DNA from: Squalus acanthias
Lineage: Eukaryota
NCBI GenBank assembly: GCA_030390025.1
Contig: JASTWF010000034.1
Coordinates: forward strand, 3,348,001 to 3,412,000
DNA length: 64,000 bases
Reading direction: 5' to 3'
Part shown: piece after piece, positions 23,101-32,237 of the stretch
How the letters are laid out: every line of letters starts with the position of its first letter
Position numbering within the stretch: position 1 is the first letter of the stretch
Translations under genes and position numbers: made by a program
The notes under the pieces: model-generated
Seen by the model: the letters and a program-made list of their open reading frames with translations, nothing else
Told to the model about the DNA's origin: nothing
Database searches by the model: none

Positions 23101-24630
23101 AATCCAGCCCTAAGATAAGATCACTACATAAGTCCTTGAGCACCGAAAGCCGGGTGGAGGGATACCTGTGACCATTAAGTGTTATTTCAACCATACAAAA
23201 GCCAGAAATTCTGGTATTAAGTGATGACTGAGCCATCGCAATGGCCTGGTCCGATGGGAAAATATGTAGCTTTAACTCTGCAACAATCTGTTCCCTAATG
23301 AAACTATCAGTGCTACCTGAGTCAATTAAGGCATCTAAAGTATGTCCATTAATTGATGCTTTTGTAGCTGCATGGAATAGGTTCTGAGGACAAGCAGCTG
23401 TAATTGGTGTCGTTGCACAAAGAGTGGCTGAAACTCTAGGTGTGTTTCTTCGAGAGAAAACCCGAGAGGAAGCACGATAGATTTTAGCCGGAACATCTTG
23501 ATAGGCCCTTACCGGGGCAGTTCGGTAGGACTTAGCTTGATAAGCCCTCGTAGAGGCTCTTGATAGGCAAACCTTTGCAAAATGACCCTTTTTGTTGCAA
23601 TGACTGCAAAACGCATTGCGAGCAGGGCAGAATTTCCGAGGGTGAAACTCATCACCACAAAAGAAGCATTTCTTAGATTGCCAAGAGGCTGCCACAGTGG
23701 GGTCATCATCCTCTTCATCAGTGAAGTCATCAGATTGATCGTCAGGGATAAAGTCCTCCCTAATAGAGTTCACCTGTGGCCTCTTAAATTGCCTGACTGT
23801 AGTTAAGGCAGCAGACCGAGGTCTGGGCACTGTATAAAGGTCTGCATTTCTTTTTGCCAGATCTAGAGAGCAAGCCATGTCATAAGCTCTCTGAAGCTCA
23901 AGTGTCTTACTTTCCAGTAGACGCTGGCGTATAAATGGGGAGGCAAGCCCGCAGATGAAAGCATCACGGATCATCTCTTCACGGTACAGCTCAGCTGAGG
24001 CCGCCTGAAAGTTACAGTCCATACTAAGTCTGCGAAGCTCTTGGAGGAATTTATCAATGGATTCCTCCGGCCCTTGTTGGGCTGTAGCTAGTAGATGTCT
24101 GGCATAGACCTCATTCGGTGTCTTAGTATATAGTCTTTTAAGCGTCCGAATTGCCTCCTCGTAACTGCCCCATTCCTCAACATACTGAAATACATTCGGA
24201 GTGACACAGTTGATGAGTATCCGCAACTTTGTGTCATTATCAGCCTTGCAATATTCGAGAAAATTGTCAAACGTGCGATACCAGTGTTTCCACACCTTAC
24301 CGGCTGCTGGGGTGTTTGGGTCCAAGTCAAGACGCGATGGTTTAAGGATGTTTTCCATGATGGGTGATTCCCTGGATCCTTAGTTCCGAGTTCGTCCAAA
24401 AAGTTTGAGTGCGAAGTTTTTCAAAGTTGATTAAATTGTCGTAAGAATGAGCCTTACGCGTGGTGAAATTAAAGTAAGCTTTAATCAACTAAAAAGGTGC
24501 TACATACAAAATAGGTCTTACTCTATGCCTCTCCAGGATCCAACTGCTCAGTCCAGTATTTATCCTGGACTAATCACAGGAAGTGATGCAATAAAGTTCG
24601 AGTCACAGGAAGCTGTATTGTGTTACCACA
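20186..24630 (-). mobile_element. Full-length Ty3/Gypsy LTR retrotransposon
   Basis: 194-bp TG...CA LTRs at 20186-20379 and 24437-24630 with 3 substitutions; 5-bp TSD AGGTA (20181-20185, 24631-24635); polypurine tract GGGGGGGGAGAA beside the 3' LTR (20380-20391); single intact ORF. Confidence 0.98.
20402..24358 (-). CDS. Gag-Pol polyprotein, 1318 aa, single frame
   Basis: Zn knuckles CFFCGDEFHPRKFC and CSHCNKKGHFAKVC; protease LIDSGS; RT YDLKSAYHQ, LPFGVTN, YLDN; RNase H CDAS...EKE...TD; integrase HDGLCH...CSDCRVC, IDFKGP, HSDRG, QVERFN. The order PR-RT-RH-IN is Gypsy-type. Confidence 0.97.
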   Translation of the reverse strand: MENILKPSRLDLDPNTPAAGKVWKHWYRTFDNFLEYCKADNDTKLRILINCVTPNVFQYVEEWGSYEEAIRTLKRLYTKTPNEVYARHLLATAQQGPEESIDKFLQELRRLSMDCNFQAASAELYREEMIRDAFICGLASPFIRQRLLESKTLELQRAYDMACSLDLAKRNADLYTVPRPRSAALTTVRQFKRPQVNSIREDFIPDDQSDDFTDEEDDDPTVAASWQSKKCFFCGDEFHPRKFCPARNAFCSHCNKKGHFAKVCLSRASTRAYQAKSYRTAPVRAYQDVPAKIYRASSRVFSRRNTPRVSATLCATTPITAACPQNLFHAATKASINGHTLDALIDSGSTDSFIREQIVAELKLHIFPSDQAIAMAQSSLNTRISGFCMVEITLNGHRYPSTRLSVLKDLCSDLILGLDFQKQHKKLTIEFGGSKPELTISNIGPRLPFCALSAASLDEPSLFTSIPPRCKPIITKSRRFSQEDQSFIAAEISRLLAEDIIEPCSSPWRAQVVIVKNPLQPHKKRLCIDYSQTINQYTDLDAYPLPRIDDMVNKLAEYTVFSTYDLKSAYHQVPLKVSDKQYTAFEANGRLYQFRRLPFGVTNGVAVFQRAMDDLVKQEDLKDTFPYLDNITVAGRNQREHDANLQRFWDALQHRNLTLNAAKSIESQPTINILGYCVGNGIIKPDPERLRPLQELPPPKNPASLRRALGLFAYYAKWIPNFSDRIQPLLKASTFPLDTAAVAAFNLLKKQLEKAALHSIDESLPFVVECDASEVAISATLNQEGRPVAFLSRTFQGAELHYPPVEKEATAIIEAVRKWTHLLARQHFTLITDKRSVAFMLDNRKRTKIKNNKIQLWRLELASFGYTIHYRPGKENVAPDTLTRAFCSAMAPSTLVDIHDGLCHPGVTRMLHFVRSRNLPFSTGDVKKMCSDCRVCAELKPQFFRPSGGILIHATQPMQRLSIDFKGPLPSSTRNTYLLTMVDEYSRFPFAFPCPNMLTTTVISCLEQVFAFCGMASYVHSDRGPSFMSGELKAYLSERGIAASRTTPYHPVGNGQVERFNAIIWNAVRLALRSRGLSNQQWEAVLPDALHSTRSLLSTATNTTPHERFFRFQRRSSYGISLPSWLTAPGPVLLRRYVRASKNNPLVDEVELTDVNPTYAYIRYPDGRESTVSLRDLAPCPPKHRGTPGDDIVPGTSLGSPGASHHDLDLTPAGTSLQRADLGQTDYEPVGARTRSHDPPRTIRSETDLPQPCPTPVRAPVHSQDRPDPSQSGLDHSDSGPRPAAGKRARGPLPLREPKRVRLSLVRRLRNRGSIPAS

Positions 24631-24919
24631 AGGTATATCAGTGTGTTTCAGTGAGGGGTGTGGTGTATATCACAGTGTTACAGTGAGGGGTGTCGTGTCT
24701 ATCAGTGTGTTACAGTGAGGGTGTGAGCTATATCAGTGTTACAGTGAGGGGTTTGGGGTATATCAGAGTGTTACAGTGAGGGGTGTGGTGTATATCACAT
24801 TGTTACAGTGAGGGGTGTCGTGTATATCAGTGTTACAGTGAGGGTGTGAGCTATATCAGTGTGTTACAGTGAGGGGTGTGGGGTATATCAGAGTGTTGCA
24901 GATAGGTGTGTGGTTTATC

Positions 24920-26038
24920 TGTGAAGGAGTAAGCCATAAAACCTATTCAGAAAAATACACAATTCTATCAAAGAATTCTGGCCTTATTAAAATATGACAA
25001 ACTGGGTCTGGAAATCTAGAAACCTAACTATGAAAAAGCTGTGAAAGCTTTCTGGCTATAGAGATAAGATAGTTGTTGAAACTGAATCAATAACCTTATT
25101 GAAACAGAAGTTTAAAGGCTGACCTTTCGGAACAAGACAATGGTTCACCCTGGTTAAGTTGTTCTAATTTACACTTCGTAAAGAAGCACAAACATCTGCC
25201 TTCGTAAAAATGACATCAAGTAAAACGCACCTGCCGTTACACCGCTTTGTTATGGGAAATTTAGAACACCTAGAGAAGAGACATAATTCTGTAATGCTAC
25301 CAGCTGTGGTGACTGTAAGAATTGCAGGGGTCAGCAGAAAAATGACTGGAGATAATTAGCTTACATCAGCAGAAAACCTTAAAGGAAATACCACTGGAAA
25401 AGTGTAAAAATATTTAACTCTCAAATGGGATAGTAGACTCGCTTTAAAGGGACAAGGTGATTCTTGGCTTCAGAGACGGCTCTGTATATCTCCAACTCTT
25501 TGTACCTCGGGTATCAAAGGTATTTGTTTTTGGTGGATATCCTGTAGAAAACTAAGAACTGTAAAACTGTAGCGAAGTTAAGATTTGAAAGTAAGGTTCT
25601 CTGATAATAGAATAGTAAGCTTTCTCCTTTTGGAACTGTTAATGTTGCGATTGACTCACCAACTGTAAATTACATGTCGGTTCTTTAATAAATCTATATA
25701 TTTTTAGAATTCTCTCACATAAGACTTCTGTATCAAGCTCGCGAACTCAATCACTGTGCACTCTTTGGTGAGGAGTTGCAGAATTCGGGGGAGTTTTCCG
25801 GACCCTCAGAATATCCGGAACGTTACAGTCTAGCTAAACTTATTAAAATTGCTATCTGGAGGACGGTAATATTTTCAGGTTGTTCCTTTCCTTTAGGGAG
25901 AGATAGTCCGGAGCTTTTGACCCAATTAAGCATCTTTAGGATTCGGCTACCTCAAAGCTTAGTTGAAAGTGAATGTCTGAGGAATACGCCTGATCCGGAG
26001 TCGCCCGAAATGGGCTGGGACTAGTAATTATCCCTTCA
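24920..26038 (+). mobile_element. Probable solo LTR, 1119 bp
   Basis: Unique sequence inside the satellite with TG...CA ends, short inverted termini (TGAAGG / CCTTCA), 4-bp TSD TATC (24916-24919, 26039-26042) and AATAAA at 25687; no coding motifs. Strand inferred only from the poly(A) signal. Confidence 0.75.
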
Positions 26039-26480
26039 TATCAGTGTGTTGCAGTGAGGTGTAAGGGTTAAATCAGAGAGTTACAGTGAGACATGTGGAG
26101 TACATGTCAGTGTTACAGTGAAGGGTGTGTGGTTATTCAGATAGTTAAAGTGAGTCGTGTGGGGTATATCAGTGTGTTACAGTGAAGGGTGTGGTGTATA
26201 TCAGTGTTACAGTGAGAGGTGTCGGGTAAATCACAGTTTTACAGCGTGGGGTGCGGCGTATAACAGAGTATTACAGTGAGGAGTGTGGGGTATATCAAAT
26301 TGTTACAGCGAGGGGTGTGTGGTATATCAAAGTGTTACAGTGAATGGTGTGGGGTATATCAGAGTTTTAAAGTGAGGTGAGTGGGGTATATCAGAGTGTT
26401 AAAGTGAGAGGTGTGTGATATGTAAGAGAATTTAAGTGAATGGTGTGGGGTTATTCAGATAGTTAAAGTGAGTCGTGTGG

Positions 26481-29120
26481 GCTAAGAAATAGCGAGGGGC
26501 GAAAAACATTAATAGGAGTGGTATATAGGCCTCCAAATAGTAAAATAGAGGTTGGGGAGGGCATCACGAGGGAAATTAGAGAAGCGTGCAATAAGAGCAC
26601 AGCTGTCATCATAGGTGACTTTAACTTACATATAGATTGGACTAGCCTAATCAGTAAAAATAATGAGGAGGAGGAATTCCTTGAGTGTTTAAGGGATGGT
26701 TATCTGGATCAATATGTCGAGGAACCAACTCGGGAACAGGCTATATTGGACTGGGTACTGTGCAATGAGAAGGGACTAATTAGTAATCTTGTTGTACGGG
26801 GACCCTTGGGTCAGAGCGATCATAACATGATCGATTTCTCACTCGAAATGGAGAGCGAAGAAATTGACTCAGAGACTCAGGTCCTGAATTTAAACAAGGG
26901 GAATTATGATGCCATTAGACGGGAACTGAGTAGGTCTGATTGGACAACGTTCCTGGGAGGACTGGAGGTAGATAAACAATGGCAAGCATTTAAAGATAGA
27001 ATGACAAAATTGCAAAAATTGTTTATACCAATCTGGCATAAAAGGAAATCTAAAAAGGTGACTCAACCGTGGATAACAGGGGAAATTAGAGACAGCATAA
27101 AATCCAAAGATAGGGCGTATAAAATAGCCAAAAAACGCGCCAGAGCGGAAGATTGGGAACAGTTTAAGATAGAGCAAAGGAGGGCAAAGGGCTTAATCAA
27201 GAAGGGCAAAATAGCTTACGAAAGCAAGCTGGCGGAAAATATAAAAACTAACTCCAAAAGCTTTTATAAGTATATCAAGAGGAAAAGACTGGTGAAAACC
27301 AAAGTTGGTCCATTGCAGTCAGATACGGGGGAATATATAATGGGAAATAAGGAAATGGCAGACCAACTAAATGCATACTTTGGGTCAGTCTTTACGAAGG
27401 AAGACACAAAAAACCTCCCTGGGATATCGGGAAAAATAGGGACATTGGCAAAGGAGGAACTGACGCAAATCAATATCTCTAAGGATATGGTGTTAAGGAA
27501 GCTAAAGGGATTGAAGGCGGACAAATCCCCAGGGCCTGATAACATGCATCCTAGGGTACTGAAGGAGGTGGCCCTAGAGATAGCGGATGCACTAAGCATG
27601 ATTTTTCAGAATTCATTAGACTCGGGAACAGTGCCCATGGATTGGAGGGTAGCTAACGTTACCCCACTATTCAAAAAGGGGGGTAGGGAAAAAGCAGGTA
27701 ATTACAGACCTGTAAGCCTTACATCAGTTGTGGGCAAAATGCTGGAGTCCATCATTAAGGATGAAATAGCCGAGCACTTAGCAAATGGGGACAGGATAGG
27801 ACAGAGTCAACATGGATTTACAAAGGGTAAATCGTGCTTGACTAATCTATTGGAATTTTTTGAGGGAGTAACTGGTAAAATAGATGGGGGAGAGCCAGTA
27901 GATGTGGTGTACCTGGACTTCCAAAAGGCCTTCGATAAGGTCCCACATAAAAGATTAGCATGGAAAATTGAAGCTCATGGGATAAAGGGGAAAGTATTGA
28001 CGTGGATAGAGAACTGGCTGTCAGATAGAAAACAGAGAGTTGGAATAAACGGCTCATTTTCTGAATGGCAGGCAGTAACAAGTGGGGTACCACAGGGATC
28101 TGTCCTGGGTCCCCAGCTGTTCACAATTTATATTAATGACCTGGATCAGGGAGTCGAATGCAGCATTTCCAAATTTGCAGACGACACTAAACTAGGAGGG
28201 GGGGTGGGCTCAGAGGAGGAGACCAGGAAGCTCCAGAGCGATTTGGACAGACTGGGTGATTGGGCGGATAAATGGCAGATGCACTATAATGTGGACAAGT
28301 GCGAAGTTATCCACCTTGGGTGCAGGAACGGGAGGGCAAATTATTATTTAAATGGCAATAAATTGGGAGAGGGGGAAGTACAGAGAGACCTGGGTGTTCT
28401 TGTACACCAGTCACTGAAGGCGAGCATGCAGGTGCAACAGGCGGTCAAGAAGGCAAACGGTATGCTGGCCTTCATAGCAAAAGGGTTGGAATACAGGAAC
28501 AGGGATACCTTGCTGCAGCTGTACAGGGCACTGGTGAGACCACACCTCGAGTACTGTGTACAGTTTTGGTCGCCTCATCTGAGGAAAGATGTTCTTGCCA
28601 TGGAGGGGGTGCAGCGGCGATTCACCAGGCTGATACCAGGAATGGCGGGATTGACCTATGAGGAGAGACTATGTAGTTTAGGGATGTACACACTGGAGTT
28701 TAGAAGATTGAGAGGGGACCTCATAGAAGTGTATAAAATTCTGACAGGTCTAGACAGATTAGATGCAGAAGGAATGTTTCCCTTGGCGGGTGAGAACAGA
28801 ACTAGAGGACATAATTTAAGGATAAGGGCTAAACCATTTAGGACAGAAATGAGGGGGAATTTCTTCACTCAGAGAGTGGTGAACCTGTGGAACTCATTGC
28901 CACAGAGGGCAGTGTACGCCAGCTCATTAAATATATTTAAGAGGGAATTAGATATATTTCTACAGGCAAAAGGGGTTAAGGGTTACGGAGAGAAGGCGGG
29001 GACGGGATACTGAATTGAAGGATCAGCCATGATCTCATTAAATGGCGGAGCAGGCTCGAAGGGCCGGATGGCCTACTCCTGCTCCTATCTTCTATGTATC
29101 TATGTATCTATGTATCTATG
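26481..29120 (+). mobile_element. Young 5'-truncated CR1 LINE with open ORF2 (26518-29013, 831 aa)
   Basis: Partial APE (VYRPP, IGDFN, SDHN), complete RT ([25 protein letters not shown]), 3' UTR and (ctatgtat)n tail; no stops. Confidence 0.97.
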
Positions 29121-30289
29121 TATATCAGATGTTACAGTGAAGGGTGTGGTGTATATCAGTGTTACAGTGAGAGGTGTCGGGTAAATCACAGTTTTACAGC
29201 GTGGGGTGCGGGGTATAACAGAGTATTACAGTGAGGGGTGTGGGGTATATCAAATTTTTACAGCGAGGGGTGTGTGGTATATCAAAGTGTTACAGTGAAT
29301 GGTGTGGGGTATATCAGAGTTTTAAACTGAGGTGAGTGGGGTATATCAGAGTGTTAAAGTGAGAGGTGTGTGATATGTAAGAGAATTTAAGTGAATGGTG
29401 CGGGGTATAACGGAGTCTTACAGTGAGTGGTGTGTGGTATATTGATGGTTGTTGGGTATATCAAAGTGTTACAGCGAGGGGTGTGGAGTATATCAGAGTG
29501 TTAAAGTGAGGTGAGTGGGGTATATCGGTCTGTTACAGTGAGAGGTTTGAAATATGTAAGAGAGGATTAAATTATGGGCTATATCAGAGTGTTAATGAGG
29601 TGTGTGAGTTATATCAGAGTGTTAAATTGAGGGGAGCGGCGTATATCAGAGTGTTAGCATAAGAGGTGTGGGGTATATCGGTGTGTTACACGAAGGCATG
29701 TGCGGGGTATGTCAGAGTGTTGTAATCAGGAGAGTGGGTTTGCATAAGAGTGCTACAGTTACGGGTGTGGGGTACATCAGAGTAATACAATGACCGGTGT
29801 GGGGCATATCAGAGTGTTACAGTGAGGGGTGTGGTGTATAACAGAGTGTTACAGTCAGGGGTGTGGAGTTATATCAGTGTGTTACATTGAGGGGTGTCGG
29901 GTATATCAGTGTGTTACAGCGAGGGATATGGAGTATATCACAAAGTGTTACAGTGAGGGGCGTGGGGTATAACGGTGTGCTACAGTAAGATGTTTGGGGT
30001 ATGTAAGAGAGTGTTACAGTCAGGAGTGTGGGCTATATCATTGTTATAGTGAGGGGTGTGGTTTATATCAAAGTGTTACAGTGAGGGGTTGTGGGGTATA
30101 TCCGTTTATTATAGTGATTGATGTGGGGTATATTAGTGTTGCAGTGAGGGGTGTTCAGTACCTGAATGTTACAGTGAGGTTTGTGGGGTATATCAGAGTG
30201 TTAAAGTGAATGGCGTGGGGTATATCAGAGTGTTAAAGTGAGGTGTGTGATCCATTACTCTTTAACTAATCCATGGGTACCTACCTGCT

Positions 30290-30421
30290 CCAATGAAAGG
30301 TCTACGACCTGAAACATTAACTCTCTTTCTCTCTCCACAGATGCTGCCTGACCTGCTGATTATTTCCAGCATTTTCTGTTTTTACTTCAGATTTCCAGCA
30401 TCCGCAGTACTTTGGTTTTAT
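30290..30421 (+). mobile_element. Penelope-type pLTR relic, second copy
   Basis: atgaaaggtctacgacctgaaacattaactc...ccacagatgctgcctgacctgctga matches 10988-11124. Confidence 0.7.
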
Positions 30422-30465
30422 GCGCCTGCCTGGAATTATTTGATGGGACATTATTGAGGGCGCTT

Positions 30466-31280
30466 TAAGAACATAAGAAATAGGAGCAGGAGTAGGCCAT
30501 TTGGCCTTTCGAGCCTGCTCTGCCATTCAATATGATCATGGCTGTTCTTCTACCTCATCTCCACTTTCCTGCACTGTCCCCATATCCCTTGATTCCCTCG
30601 ATATTCAAAAATCTATCTATCAATGACTGTGTCTCCACAGCCCTCTGGGCCATAGAATTCCGAGAATTCACCACCCTCTGAATGAAGATATTTCACCTCA
30701 TCTCAGTCCGAAATGGGCGACCCCTGATTCTGACACTGTGACCCCTGGTTCTAGACTCCCAGGCCAGGGGAAACATCCTCCCTGCATCTAACCAGTCAAG
30801 CATAGTAAGCATTGTGTATGCTTCAAATAGATCACACCTCATTCTTCTAAACTCTAGAGAATATAGGCTTCGTCTACTCAATCTCTCCTCATAGGACAAT
30901 CCCCCCATCCCAGGAAGCAGTCTGGTGAATCTTCCTTGCACTCCCTCTTTGACAAGTATATCCTTCCATAGGTAATATGACCAAATCTGTACACAGAACT
31001 CCAGGTGTGTATCTCACCAGGGCCCTATATAATTGCAATAAGATGTCTTTACTTTTATACTCAAATCCTCTTGTAATGACGGCCAACATACCATTTGCTT
31101 TACTAATTGCTTGCTGTACCTGCAGGTTAAAGTTCAGTGATTCGTGTACAAGGACACCCAGGTCCCTCTGAATACCAACTTTTCCCAATCTCTCACTATT
31201 TAAATAATACTCCAGTAGGAAAAATAGAAAAGCAAAGTGGATAACTTCACATTTCTCAGCATTATATTCCATCCACATAT
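30466..31280 (-). mobile_element. Decayed 5'-truncated CR1 LINE
   Basis: WMEYNAEKCEVIHF, QRDLGVLVH, GMLAVITRGFEYK, RTRGHSVRIRGRPFRTEMR; tail at 30466. Confidence 0.9.
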
Positions 31281-32237
31281 TACGTCCACGTAAGTTATTA
31301 GAATATAAATCACAATGTAACCAGACAATCAACAAATATAAAGTGCTGTAGTTCTTTAATTCGCAGTATTAAAAAGCACTGAACAAAATGGGTATCCGTA
31401 TTTTCAACTTCAATAACTTCCATGAATAAACGTGGTCTTCTTGAACCAGCACACCACCCATGTAACAGGTCAGAAATGCAGCACTTATTCACAAGTGCAG
31501 ACAAACACATACACAATTTGTGTCACTGAATTCTAAACAAAAAGCAGGAAAAACGGTGATGTAACAGAAATAAATATCTGTCCTTCTTTCTGGACAGGAG
31601 AACCAGTCAGACTGACTGGGAAATGTTTATTCATATGTTGATGTAAAGATTTAAAATTTGCCAATTTCACTTCTAATATTTTTCCCTCAAACATTCTCCA
31701 CAATATTATTCCCTGCTCTTATCAAGGAAAATTTTGAATTATTTTAGTTATTTCACAATTAAAAGCGGGGAACAAACTTTATTGTACTCACAATTTTTAA
31801 TCTCCCATATCAAACATTCAATCGAATTGTATGTTATCAGTTTAATCAAAGTATTTTCTGTGTCTTCGTCAATAAACAAATAACATATTTTCCTGCAATT
31901 TTTATATATCATCACATATCTCTTGTTCCTGTGAACACTTCCCTAAATGTTTAAGATGAAATCTATATTTACATTATTCCTGTGACTTGTTGGGACTACA
32001 GAACGACAGGCAAAATAAAAGGTTTTGTGTTTTTCCCTTTTTTCGTTCTCTTCCTTTCTGTCTTAAAGGTATATTTTTTTTAAAGTCATTTAAAAGTAAT
32101 ATGTAACTCCTACAAATCCTCCCCTGCCCTCCCCTCCTCAACACCATGGTTGCATGTTTGTGTAAAGCTAATCACTTCACTTGATCGCTCACAATCAAAA
32201 ATTGAGTAATTTCAATTTTAAAACATTTTAAGCAGTT

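Larger units (their letters stand above)
14965..30250 (+). repeat. 30-34-bp minisatellite/satellite array interrupted by four insertions
   Basis: Unit gtgttacagtgaggggtgtggggtatatca(ga)0-2; homogeneous at ~15400-18700, diverged at the edges. Confidence 0.97.
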
